Positions 9,201 through 19,200 of a stretch of DNA of 41,198 nt are shown piece by piece. The translations under genes and the position numbers were made by a program. The DNA is from a virus (Duplodnaviria > Caudoviricetes): IMG/VR virus record IMGVR_UViG_3300044723_002720, positions 1 to 41,198 of that record. One strand, given 5' to 3'. Position 1 is the stretch's first letter; each line of letters starts with the position of its first letter. The notes beneath the pieces were generated by a model. That model did not search any database. It had not been told where the DNA came from and saw only the letters and a program-made list of their open reading frames with translations.

Positions 9201-11484
9201 TACAGCATTTTTTAATTGCTATACCTTTGGTAATGGAGTTGAAAGTTACAAGGTTAGAGATTCTATTATAGGTAAGCCATTAGAGTTTGGCAACAGAACA
9301 ACAACTACACTAGCACAAGACTTCAAGGAAGCACATAGATTTGCTGACTTGACTTATAGTGGCATATATAATGATGAATCTAATGTCAATAAACTCAATG
9401 AGTTTAATCTTGGTTTATTAAACTTTAAGCCATTAGAGGATGACTTTGGGCATATTATGAAGTTGGATGGAAGGCAGACAGACATCCTTGTTCTACAAGA
9501 GGATAAGATTTCATATGTACTCGCAGGGAAGAACTTGATTAGCGACAGCGCAGGTGGTGGTGTTATCTCATCCGTTCCCGAAGTATTAGGCACACAGGTA
9601 GCAAGGTCTGAGGAGTATGGTATCAGCTTCAACCCTGAGAGTTATGCCAAGTGGGGGTATGATAAATTCTTTACAGATGCAAAGAGGGGTTCGATAATAC
9701 AGTTAAGGGGTAGTTCATATGGCAACGAGCAGTTGACTGTAATATCTAACTTAGGGATGAGAAGTTTCTTTAGGGATAAATTCATAGAAGATTTCTCTAA
9801 GCAAAAACTTGGTGGCTATGACCCATTCTATAATGAATATGTTTTAGGCGTATCTAATATAGACACACCAACGGAAGAGATATGTTTCGAGTGTACAACG
9901 GAGAAGGTCTTTACGGTGGCAGCAGGCTCTCCTATAGACTTCTGCTATGAGTTAGGCAATCTTGTTGGCGATGTTACCGTAACATTCTCGGTAGTGAGTG
10001 GTGGCGATGTGGTGGTTGATGCAGTATATGATTCAACCCCATACACTTCGGGTGCTGCTGCACAATCGGGTAGCTTTGTTGTAGATAAAAACAAAGTGGA
10101 TGTAACAACTACAGACATAACAATAACTGCTTCGGCAGATACGGTTGTGTCTATTACGGTTAGTTGTCCTGATGCAGCAGAGTTGACAGTTATACAGGTA
10201 TGTGTAACAAACGATGTTGATGCAGGTCAATTTATACACAATGAGTATCGTTGGATTGATGGCACATACATTTCTCCACTGCATAGTACGCAGGTAGAGT
10301 TTGCATCGGGAGCAGCAGTTCCCCTTGTGTCGCAGTATAACCCAATAACAGGACAGCAGGGTGGTGCGTTTATACCTACAGATACAGCAACGGTTACTAT
10401 CAGGTCGAATAAGATACCACCGATAGACACCTTTGACTTTACGCTAAACATAGATGAGTTTAGATACTTGAGAAGCAATACGCTATACTCAAACAACCCT
10501 ACAGACATAGATGCCTTACTTGCAGCAGCAACGGTAGCAGCACCTACGGTTGGAGCAGCACCATTGTTTAGTGCAGACTTTGCTATGCCAAGTACAGGAA
10601 ACTATCTATATCTGATATACATATACCAAAATCCAACGATTGTGGATTTATGTTACGATAGAAGTGTGGCAGCAGATGCTTGTTGTAATTGTGTAACAGG
10701 AGAGAACTTTGTGGCTCAAGAATGTAGAGAGGATGGAACTATCAATCAAGAGATTGTGCCAAGAACTATTAAGGATGTAGAGATTGGAGACTTCATTACC
10801 CTTGTTGGCTATCCTGATTGTATATTCCAAGTGGTTGCTAACACAACGCTTGCGACAACAGATGACATGGATGAGTGGTTAGAGTCAACAAATAGCTGCT
10901 ACGATGATTGTAATAGCTATACGCTAACAAATACAGATGGCGTTGCACAATCTTTAACCTATGTGGATTGTGATGATAAGCTAATAACATTAGAGTTAGA
11001 CCCACTTGAGGTATTGACAGATGTATGCTTGAAGAGGATTATAACTATACCTGCATCTATTACGATAGCTAAGACATCTTGTTTATGTACAAGTAACCTA
11101 TTGGCTCATCAATGTAGATTAGATGGAGTGATTGTGTCAGAGGTTATACCTTCAACGGTTGGTGTAGATGTAGGTAGCTTTGTAACACTTACAGGTCATC
11201 CTGCTGATTGTACATTTGAGATTGTTTCGTATAGCATGGATGCAGCTACCGATACAGTCAATACGATACTAAGCATAACAACCTGTAATGATGCGTGTAA
11301 TACATATCTAATTACACATACGAATCCTTTTGTTATAATTGTATCTTATACAAATTGTAGTGGGGATTTAGTAAATTTATCTATTGCACCTAGAGGTACA
11401 GCACTTATATGTGCAGGTGGATTACCTACTGCACTGCCTCCAAACACACAGATTGCTTGGCAGAATTGTGGATGTTCAGCTTAA
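6277..11484 (+). CDS. Tail stabilisation / muzzle (nozzle) protein, P22 gp10-like, with Cys-rich C-terminal extension
   Basis: N-terminal F..GKMNKD.D.RL...GEY.DA.NIR, plus GNRLVYGNY, Y.VGIVYMDEYNR and YGIS.NPES motifs typical of crAss-like stabilisation proteins. Confidence 0.75.
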   Translation: MANYQRNFVLGKMNKDTDQRLIRNGEYIDAINIRIGSEETNSEIGAVSNVKGNTKLTTLMFDGVELSSNARCIGAYEDGEAETIYWFIHDNNFVSSNTGKIDMIVSFDTKTSALTYHIVSVDDGSGVNTTLNFDEQYLITGVDLVDDLLFFTDNLNPPRKINVTKAYTQPVNVTSTDGIIAEQLLVLKRPPTNSPIIQPVETFTQNNFLEERFVSFAYRYRYEDGEYSATSQFSEPSFIPNVFKFTTDAFLNEGMVNITNACVITYNAGGFLVKSVELLFKDMNTGIIKVIEELDKSELGLVDNTDYTFTFSNSKIFTVLPDSEILRLYDNVPRLAQAQTIMGNRLVYGNYVDGYNLVDVAGNATKLEYVAELVTNEVGSLDIDGTTSIGTYSINGTQNISDSILNIDLDGVELKIGSLLSITIRFSHSTFTGDTPPPVQTTTTTEINFVYTLQQNFNSVFELANDTDFIEKIGTALNIQTVDDACIGTTFTDVFNCSIPTNLDSLTKYQSGITAVNEPISIISSTSSTVIGLQLPAMRFVDNIVTPTFNVYEYYGIVASEIQFVETGSPKSLHSNRGYEVGIVYMDEYNRSTTALVSATNNIHVPCSNSDLQNKIRVTIPNTQIAPYWASRYKFVIKPDKENYETIYSNIFFNDTQSDSEWLLLEGENTRKAEVGDRLIVKADTNGALNRCAYTTILDKGSKEENFLSPPPVDEDGDELYVPSGVYVKVKSNDFSAVLYKYTQTDSGFQEITVGKWATAEYPKLQLTVNEYDGTTYFDEPIPTGSQIDLYFRTFREGGSGCGAGACELREFEFDVVLTASEDYDNLYDFFVGDNVIDIINAQGYANAGCGSTPPNCVFTDTIIDQEDYITEEAMLDAVIPSTGTNNLQFLRFDNDKLQLVITGTRACGIRDKLNSSVEGRVIITRRNNLLVFETEPQDALPDLWYESSTSYPITGGFHEGNVQNQTASQSAIIDTAFFNCYTFGNGVESYKVRDSIIGKPLEFGNRTTTTLAQDFKEAHRFADLTYSGIYNDESNVNKLNEFNLGLLNFKPLEDDFGHIMKLDGRQTDILVLQEDKISYVLAGKNLISDSAGGGVISSVPEVLGTQVARSEEYGISFNPESYAKWGYDKFFTDAKRGSIIQLRGSSYGNEQLTVISNLGMRSFFRDKFIEDFSKQKLGGYDPFYNEYVLGVSNIDTPTEEICFECTTEKVFTVAAGSPIDFCYELGNLVGDVTVTFSVVSGGDVVVDAVYDSTPYTSGAAAQSGSFVVDKNKVDVTTTDITITASADTVVSITVSCPDAAELTVIQVCVTNDVDAGQFIHNEYRWIDGTYISPLHSTQVEFASGAAVPLVSQYNPITGQQGGAFIPTDTATVTIRSNKIPPIDTFDFTLNIDEFRYLRSNTLYSNNPTDIDALLAAATVAAPTVGAAPLFSADFAMPSTGNYLYLIYIYQNPTIVDLCYDRSVAADACCNCVTGENFVAQECREDGTINQEIVPRTIKDVEIGDFITLVGYPDCIFQVVANTTLATTDDMDEWLESTNSCYDDCNSYTLTNTDGVAQSLTYVDCDDKLITLELDPLEVLTDVCLKRIITIPASITIAKTSCLCTSNLLAHQCRLDGVIVSEVIPSTVGVDVGSFVTLTGHPADCTFEIVSYSMDAATDTVNTILSITTCNDACNTYLITHTNPFVIIVSYTNCSGDLVNLSIAPRGTALICAGGLPTALPPNTQIAWQNCGCSA

Positions 11485-11493
11485 AATTAAATT

Positions 11494-12423
11494 ATGGCAA
11501 CTTATTATATAAACGGAAGTACACTTGCAAACTCAACAGCAGTATTCGATGATGCTGACTTGACCGTATGCTCGGCAGATGGATTCTATTCTGATGGAAC
11601 AATAGTTCGTGAGCAGGTTAGTTGTAGTCTGCTTCCTCCTGTTGCGTGTCAGAGTTGCAATCTTGCCTGTGATGGAACAACAAATGTTTCGGGTATAACC
11701 AATGATGGGTTGTACAGACTAAGGGCAGACACAGGAACAGATGTTGGTGCAATACTTATACATTTCCAAAGTGCCAATATACCTGATGGTATTAGGGTGG
11801 AGCAGAACGCTGTGTACTACAATGAGTTGGTAGGAGTTTCGGGTGCGACTATATATTATGCAGCATCGGGGAATAGCACCAATGGATTTACATATACAGG
11901 AACGACAGGCTCTACAGGAACTTGTGATGCTAACTTTGGGGTATCTACCATAAATGTAACGAGTCCAAATTACGACTATACAGGTGGAAACTTCTACCCT
12001 ACAGGTGGAAGTACAACCCTACAGATACAGCCAACGGATGTTGTGCTTGATGTCTACACAGGATTCTATATGATGGTTGTACCAAAGACCATAGCTTATG
12101 GAAATATATTAGATATAGAGGTTCATTCGGCTTGTGGTTCATCGGATTGGGATATAGAGGTTAAATGCCCTGTGCTACTTACAGCAGTTCCTGCAACCAC
12201 AATAAGCGATTGTGCAGAGACTGTTTTTCCGTTGTCATACTACAACGCACCATTTGATAAGGTATCTTTTGGAGAGCCATCTGTGGGAGACTTTATATTC
12301 ACTGATGCCTATGGAGAGAATAAGGTGGGTGCAGGCAACTATACTATCAATCCACCATCGAACAAGCAGCTTATGACTGTTGATGCCAATGGTGTTATTA
12401 CTTCACTAACAATTTGTCCATAA
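11494..12423 (+). CDS. Putative tail-associated / adhesin-like beta-rich protein
   Basis: 309 aa, rich in Thr/Gly/Ser/Cys, with ADGFYSDG..VREQ motif, in the tail cluster. Confidence 0.5.
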   Translation: MATYYINGSTLANSTAVFDDADLTVCSADGFYSDGTIVREQVSCSLLPPVACQSCNLACDGTTNVSGITNDGLYRLRADTGTDVGAILIHFQSANIPDGIRVEQNAVYYNELVGVSGATIYYAASGNSTNGFTYTGTTGSTGTCDANFGVSTINVTSPNYDYTGGNFYPTGGSTTLQIQPTDVVLDVYTGFYMMVVPKTIAYGNILDIEVHSACGSSDWDIEVKCPVLLTAVPATTISDCAETVFPLSYYNAPFDKVSFGEPSVGDFIFTDAYGENKVGAGNYTINPPSNKQLMTVDANGVITSLTICP

Positions 12424-12424
12424 T

Positions 12425-13222
12425 ATGCCTACGAACACAGTTGTATATAGCGAGGGATTTCAAGGTTTCCCATCATTCTATAGCTTCGAGCCTGACTATA
12501 TGATAGGCATGAATCAATATTTCTATACATTCAAAGGTGGCAACCTGTATAGACATAATGTAAATGCTACGAGGAATGAGTTTTATGGTGTGTCGTCTCC
12601 ATCTGAGGTTAAGACCGTATTCAATGAGCAGGTGTTAGATAGTAAGCTGTTTAAGACTTTAAACATTGAGGGTACTCATGCTTGGAATGTAGACCTTGAA
12701 TCGGACTATACGGACTTGAATGGGCAGGTGTTGGATTCATACTTCGAGAAGAAGGAGGGTTCATTCTTTAGCTTCATTAGATTAAACAATACGGTTATCA
12801 ATGAGCAGACTTGGGAGTTAAGGACATTGAGTGGTATTGCTACGAGTACCAATGTATTGAACTATGCAATCGGCCCAGATGCTTTTGTTAGCGTTGATTT
12901 TGGCGTAAGCATAAACTTAGGCAGTCAAATGAGCATAGGCGATTATCTGTTCTATGCACAAGCACCAACATACACACCAATATTTCTTGGCAAGATAACT
13001 CAAATAAATGTTGACCTAACCATTCCAACAAACAATATAGTAGCAGAGGCAGCGACTCCTGTTCCATCGAACACAGAGTATTTCTTGTATATGAAAGACC
13101 CTGCTGCCGAAGACTTTGGTATGTTAGGACACTACATGGTAGCCAATATGTCAAACGATACATACAATGAATATGTGGAATTGTTTGTATTGAGGTCGGA
13201 AGTAATGAAATCGTTTCCTTAA
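12425..13222 (+). CDS. Structural protein resembling the C-terminal part of stabilisation/muzzle proteins
   Basis: YSE...G.PSFYSF.P..M.GMN.YFYTFK.G.LY.HN...NEFYG and K.FKTLN.EG motifs. Confidence 0.55.
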   Translation: MPTNTVVYSEGFQGFPSFYSFEPDYMIGMNQYFYTFKGGNLYRHNVNATRNEFYGVSSPSEVKTVFNEQVLDSKLFKTLNIEGTHAWNVDLESDYTDLNGQVLDSYFEKKEGSFFSFIRLNNTVINEQTWELRTLSGIATSTNVLNYAIGPDAFVSVDFGVSINLGSQMSIGDYLFYAQAPTYTPIFLGKITQINVDLTIPTNNIVAEAATPVPSNTEYFLYMKDPAAEDFGMLGHYMVANMSNDTYNEYVELFVLRSEVMKSFP

Positions 13223-13259
13223 AAATCAGTATCTTTATAGATAATAAAAAAAACATAAT

Positions 13260-14321
13260 ATGCCTTTAGGAACATTAGCAACCATAGGAGCAATAGCATC
13301 AATAGCAGGTACAGGAGCATCAACAGGTATAAGTATTGGGCAGTCTGTAAAACAAAAAAGAGCGATAGCAGAGGCTCAAAGGGCAGCAGCTAAGTCTATG
13401 GCAGAGGCTCGCAAGCGATTAGATGTCAATGTGTATGAATCTCTTGGCATACCTAAAGAGGTGTATGAACTTGAAAGAGAGGCTTTCCTACAGCAAGGTC
13501 AGTTGGCTTTACAGGCAGGGGTAGAAGGTTCTCAGCGTGGAGCAGCAGCCACAGCAGGTCGTGTTCAGTTGGCACAGCAGCAAGGTCAAGGGCAGGTTCG
13601 TTCTAAAATGGCACAGGAGTTATATGGTCTTGAGAAATTAACAGCAGCAGAGGAAGGAAGACTTAGGGATATGGGTTATCAATTAGACTTGGCAGAAGCA
13701 GAAGGGGCGCAGATAGCAGCAGCAAGGACAGAGCAGGCAAGACAACAAGCATTAAGTTCAGCAGCAGGTGCAGTTACTCAGTTAGGATTCCAAGCTATGC
13801 AGCTTGCTCCGTTGTACGACAAGTCAGCAGGGGTAAAGGCAGCAGAAAGGGCATTGAAAACAGCAGAGAAAGGAGGGGTATCAATGGCAGAAGTTAAAGC
13901 AAATTTAGCCAAGCAAGGGGTAGTTAATGGTGTAGACTACTCTAAGGTTGCGGGTATGAATGATGCTGATTTTGAAACTTTTTTACAGCAAACTGCAAAC
14001 CCTGCTTTTATAAATAGCTTTATGGAGTCTAATTATGGAACTCCATTTGCTCCATTTAGTTTGCAGAAAAGACAAGGTATACAAAGTGAAGCAGCAAGGG
14101 CAGCAGCAAATGCAAAGATGCAAGAGATAAGGAATAGACCTCCTGAGATTCAACCTCTTCCTCAGACTCAACCAATGGTAGGACTTGAACCTTTACCTAT
14201 AAGAGAACAGTTTTACAGAGTTGATATGCCATATGATTTGCCAACTGACATTTATCCAACAGCACAACAAAGCATACCAACTCAAGGATACCTTAATCAA
14301 TTTGACCCATTTCGGTTTTAA
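13260..14321 (+). CDS. Putative internal virion (ejection/pilot) protein
   Basis: Gly/Ala-rich hydrophobic N-terminus and Ala/Gln-rich helical body. First of three genes after the tail cluster. Confidence 0.55.
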   Translation: MPLGTLATIGAIASIAGTGASTGISIGQSVKQKRAIAEAQRAAAKSMAEARKRLDVNVYESLGIPKEVYELEREAFLQQGQLALQAGVEGSQRGAAATAGRVQLAQQQGQGQVRSKMAQELYGLEKLTAAEEGRLRDMGYQLDLAEAEGAQIAAARTEQARQQALSSAAGAVTQLGFQAMQLAPLYDKSAGVKAAERALKTAEKGGVSMAEVKANLAKQGVVNGVDYSKVAGMNDADFETFLQQTANPAFINSFMESNYGTPFAPFSLQKRQGIQSEAARAAANAKMQEIRNRPPEIQPLPQTQPMVGLEPLPIREQFYRVDMPYDLPTDIYPTAQQSIPTQGYLNQFDPFRF

Positions 14322-14334
14322 AATATATTAAACA

Positions 14335-16197
14335 ATGGCGAATACATTTTATCAGTACGGAAAGAGGGATGCTATACAGTATACCGATTGGTCTAAGATA
14401 AGTGAGAACTTCTCCACCATGATTAGTGAGGAACTAACAAGGAGGGAGGATAAGAAGGCAGAGATACAAGAGGCTACGAATGAGGCGATGAAGTTCATTA
14501 ACGACAATCCTGTTGGTGCTTATAGCCTTGCCAATGATTTTAGTGTGGCACACGCAAACAACGCACAGGAGTATCTTTTGATGCTAGATAAGAAGCTAAA
14601 GACAGGTGCATTGAATCCAAAGGACTTTGTGATGATGAGAGAAAATCTCAAGACAGGTACGGAAGGTATCTATAAGGTTGCCACTGCATATCAAAAAAGG
14701 TTCGAGGAAGTTGAAAAAGATTTGCTTTCGGGAGACCCACAGCTATCCAACTTAACATACGCAAGGATGATAGCGTTAGAGGGATTGGGCAGGCTAGAGA
14801 ATACCGATGCCTTAATTGATGTGGCTTCGGGTAGGGTAAACCTATCTAAGTACGATGTGGTTGATGGCGTAAAGAATTACACCGAAGGATATACCACGAA
14901 TGAAGCGATGGCTTTCATGCAGACAGACATCAAAAGATTTAAGGTTAGAGACAATGTAAAAAAAGCTGTAGATAGTTTAGGTACATTAAAGGAAGCATAT
15001 TTTCAAGAAGCTGAAAGGTATGGAGGTTTCAATATCTTAAAAGAAAAAGTTAATATGCGAGATGACTCCGAACTCAAAGGAGTAAAAGAAGGCTATCAGA
15101 AGTGGCGTGAAGACACTATCAATAGCTTTATGAACGATATAAACCAAGCATCTATTCTTGTTGACTTTTTAGAAGGAGAAGGCTACGAAGCAGTAACAAA
15201 CAAGAGTGACTTTGACAATGACAAAACAGGCAAGCTAATATATATAGCACCCAATGGGGAGACAGAATTTCAAGAGGGGCAAAAAGAGAGAGCAAGAGAA
15301 GCCTTTACTACTCAACTTGATAATGCTATTGACCAAGAATATACAGAGAAGGGTGCAGGATATAAGCAATATCCGACTTCTAGGGGTACAGGTGGTAGAG
15401 GTACAAAATATAATGCAAGGCAATCGGCAAACTATATGTCATATTTGAGGGGTGGAAATGAGCAGCAGATTGCAGCAGCGAGAACCTACTTCAAGAATCT
15501 TATGAATCAAAATAAGAAGAAAGACGAGCCTAGAGTTTTAGATATAATTAGAACTGATGAAGGAGTTACTGTCTTATACGAGGGTAATCGTAGGGAAGAG
15601 TTGCCATTTGTAACAGGTGGCGTAGAGTTAACAATGAATGATTGGGTTGGTAGTAGTTCTCCGTTATTGACAGGAGAGACTAATGTGCTACAAGCATTAG
15701 AGGAAGGATTCATGTTTGATGTTGGAGATGAAATATCTACATTTGATAGAAGATTTGAAACAACACAACCTCAGACACCACGAGAAAAAGTAAGCACATA
15801 TATATCTAATGAATTTGGAAATGTTCGTACAGGAAACAAGCAGGAATTAGGATTGGATTTAAGAAGAATCTTAGGAGATTTAGGCTTTGATGTATCTTAC
15901 AGAGGATTCAATAACACTGTTGATATAAGTTTGGGTGGGTTTAAAAGAACAATAAATCTTGCAAATGATATACAGGCTCAGTTAGATGACTTAGCTGTTT
16001 CATTAGACAGAGCAATCAAGAGTGAACTAATGGCTGAAAGAGGACAGAAAGAAAGACCATTTACAAATAGATTCGCATCGTTTGCTTCAAACCTTTCGGG
16101 TGATACAGAAGAAGAAGAACCAATAGAAGATACAGAAGAAGAAGAAGAACCAATAGAAGATACAGATACAGAAGATATAAGTACAGAAGGATATTAA
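14335..16197 (+). CDS. Putative internal virion (ejection) protein
   Basis: 620 aa, synteny, acidic repetitive C-terminus. Confidence 0.5.
   Translation: MANTFYQYGKRDAIQYTDWSKISENFSTMISEELTRREDKKAEIQEATNEAMKFINDNPVGAYSLANDFSVAHANNAQEYLLMLDKKLKTGALNPKDFVMMRENLKTGTEGIYKVATAYQKRFEEVEKDLLSGDPQLSNLTYARMIALEGLGRLENTDALIDVASGRVNLSKYDVVDGVKNYTEGYTTNEAMAFMQTDIKRFKVRDNVKKAVDSLGTLKEAYFQEAERYGGFNILKEKVNMRDDSELKGVKEGYQKWREDTINSFMNDINQASILVDFLEGEGYEAVTNKSDFDNDKTGKLIYIAPNGETEFQEGQKERAREAFTTQLDNAIDQEYTEKGAGYKQYPTSRGTGGRGTKYNARQSANYMSYLRGGNEQQIAAARTYFKNLMNQNKKKDEPRVLDIIRTDEGVTVLYEGNRREELPFVTGGVELTMNDWVGSSSPLLTGETNVLQALEEGFMFDVGDEISTFDRRFETTQPQTPREKVSTYISNEFGNVRTGNKQELGLDLRRILGDLGFDVSYRGFNNTVDISLGGFKRTINLANDIQAQLDDLAVSLDRAIKSELMAERGQKERPFTNRFASFASNLSGDTEEEEPIEDTEEEEEPIEDTDTEDISTEGY
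16102..16176 (+). repeat. Coding tandem repeat (DTEEEE(E)PIE x2 plus DT repeats)
   Basis: gatacagaagaagaagaa(gaa)ccaatagaa occurs twice, followed by gataca repeats. Confidence 0.85.
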
Positions 16198-16210
16198 TAA
16201 AATATTATAA

Positions 16211-19200
16211 ATGAATCCACAAGCAATAAATGATGCGTTTAGATTATTTGCATCAAGGGGTTATAAGGGAGATGAGCAAGAGTTTATTTCATTAATATCT
16301 TCAAATCCACAGGCATTTGATGATGCGTATAGATTGTTTGCATCAAAAGGTTATCAAGGTGGAGAGGATGGATTTAGCAATCTAATGGGGATTGGTAAAA
16401 AAAAAGACGAAGAATTACCTTCCACTACTCCCGAAGAGGATGTGGATTTATCTACAAAGGAAGAGAAAGAAGAATTTTTATCGGGTGCATTATCGGAGGA
16501 TGAAATACTTGTAGCTGATATAGAACTTAAAGACGAGCCTAGCGTATCTGAGGTATTGCAGCAAGAGGCAGATGAGAGAACAAGAAGGAAGGAGTTGCAG
16601 GAAAAGATACAGCCTGCATTGGCAGAAAGACAGAAGGAGGAATTTGAAGAGAAATTTCTATCTGATGTTGAGAAGATGTATGAAAGAGAGGAGTTAAGCA
16701 GAGATACACAATTCATAAAAGATACAGAGCAAGACTTCGCTCAATACTACGGTATGGATGGAGATGCTGCTGTCCGTTCACTTCAAGAACAATTCGGCAA
16801 GTATGGTATTACATTCGAGAAAGAAGGTAGGACTTATGGTGGTTCTATCAAAGCTAAGTCATTTGATGGAGAAGAGTATCTAATACCTTTAAATCAATAT
16901 TTAAAAGACATAGAGAGAGGGAAAGAGATTTCACAGGAGTTCAAGTCTTTTATAGAAAGAACTGCAAGAAAGCCAAAGACAGAAATATCAAAGATTGAAG
17001 AGGAGGGTGTTAAGTTTTATGGGGATAGAGGCATAGACTACTTGACATACAGAGATATGCAGGATAGATATAATGATAACATTAGCCTAATCAAGTTCCT
17101 TGAGAAAGCACCATTCGATGAGCCTGCCGAAGTAACTACAGGAGAGTTACCATATAAGGATATGTATGTAGATGGTGTCCTTAGAACGGATTATAGAGAC
17201 CTTATTAACAAAGCAAAGGATGATAATAAAAAGATAAGGGATTATCTATATAACAAAGATGTATATGACACTAGAGTTGATTTTGATTTAAAGCTACAAG
17301 AGAACGCAGAGAAGGTGGCACAGAAAGCTGCTGAATATAATGGCAACTATAAAGGAATGATGAATCAGTTGAACCAAGCAGCACAAGAATTGTTTGGTGT
17401 CGACATAGATAAACTAAAAGATATAGATGTTAAGGATGACCTCCTAATGAAAAGGAAGGATTATCTTTTGCATTACTACAACGAAGCAAAGGAGCAGAAG
17501 AAGTTGGCAGCAGAAACATATGCAATAGCTACATCATATATTGACGAGAAGTATGACAAGCAGTTGAGTGGAGAATTAGTAGAAGGTATGAAGGCGTTTA
17601 CAAATGCTGTTAGTGCAGGACATAGTAGAGGTCAGGCAGCAGAGGTTATATTGTCTATTGCTATGGGATTAACTGATATATCTGATGATGATTCTTCGAT
17701 GGAAGCTGCAAGAAAAATAATGGAACACCTTGACGATGCCGACACAGGTAAGTTTAGTGTTGGCGATAGAGCATACCATAATGCACAAAGTAATTGGGAA
17801 GTTTTAAGAGCATTAAGGAATAGACCTTTGGAATTAATAGGTGCTTTCGTAGGTCAGTCTTTTGCACAAATGTTACCCATTGGTTCTAAGTTAGTTCCCA
17901 CTGCTGTAGCAGCAGGTGCAGCGTATGGTGCATCAGGATTTAGTCCTGTGTCCGTGTTAGGTGGTGCAGCATTAGGATTAAACACAGGTATGGCAGCTAC
18001 CAATGTAGCTATTGAATACACAAATGCTGTCCTTGATGCGATGACCAATCAAGGATTTGATGTATCAGACCCACAGCAGGTGCAAGAAGCATTACAAAGC
18101 GAGGATGTTTGGAGTGAGGGTAGAGATATTGGATTAAAAAGAGGACTTACTATTGGTGCAGTAGACTTCTTGGGTGGTAAGTTTGCAGGTAAAATGATAC
18201 CTACAAGTAAGCTGGCGTCTTCGGGTACAAAGTTTGCAGCACAAGTTGTAGAAAGGATTGCTATTGACCCTGCATTGGAGATGTTAGGGGAGACTTTAGC
18301 ACAAGCAGCAGCAGGTCAAGAGTTAAATTTTGGAGAGATTCTTGCAGAAGGGTTAGGTGCTATTGGTTCTAATGCAGCTATGGGTGGGTTGAATCAGATG
18401 GTCAGCAACCAAAAGAATACAATAACAAAGATTGCCAACGACCTCTCTGATTTAGATACATTTATGGATGACAACATCCTAGATAGACGAGTTCTTAGTT
18501 GGACAGATAGGCAAGAGAAGATGGGAAGGATTGATTCTGATAAGGCACAGCAGATTAGAAACAATATATCCACAAGGAATGAGGCGAGAGAGATAATGAA
18601 TGTAGGCCAAGAAAATAAGCAGAAGCCAAGTAAGAACCCCGAAGCAGAGAAGAGACTTGCTAAGTTGATAAACGCAAAGAAAGAACTAACATCTACTGAG
18701 GCGACACAGGAAGCGTTCTCCGAGCAGATTTCTGCAATAGATAAAGAGATTAAGGAGACAGCGAGAACAGGCGATGTCGTGGCTGTAGAGCAGCAGGCAG
18801 ACCTTTCTGCATTAGAAAGAAGAATACAAGGAGTAGAGAGTGTCTTCGAAGACACTCTAAAAGTTGCTGCACTAACGGAAGAAGAAAAGTCTACTGAGGT
18901 AGTTCCAATAAAAACTAATGTTGAGCAAATCGAGGAGGTGTCTCCAACGAAACAATATTCTTTTGAATTTGAGGAAGGTCAAGTTCCACCTGAACTTCAA
19001 GACTTAGAAGCCGAATCAGAAACAACCACCACTGAGGGTAAAGTTACTCTCACATTCAGTGGGCAGCAGTTAATAGATGCAGAGTTGGCTACACAAGAAG
19101 AGACTCAAGAAGAGGTAATTGATACAGAAATAATTGAGATAGAAGATGCAGCACAAGAAGTAATAGTAAACTACGAAGAGAAAGCAAGGAAAGAACTTCA

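Noticed and set aside
15109-15117. Half-sites GAAGACAC here and near 29930
   Set aside because: Only one arm is present, and an 8-9 bp match can occur by chance in 41 kb.
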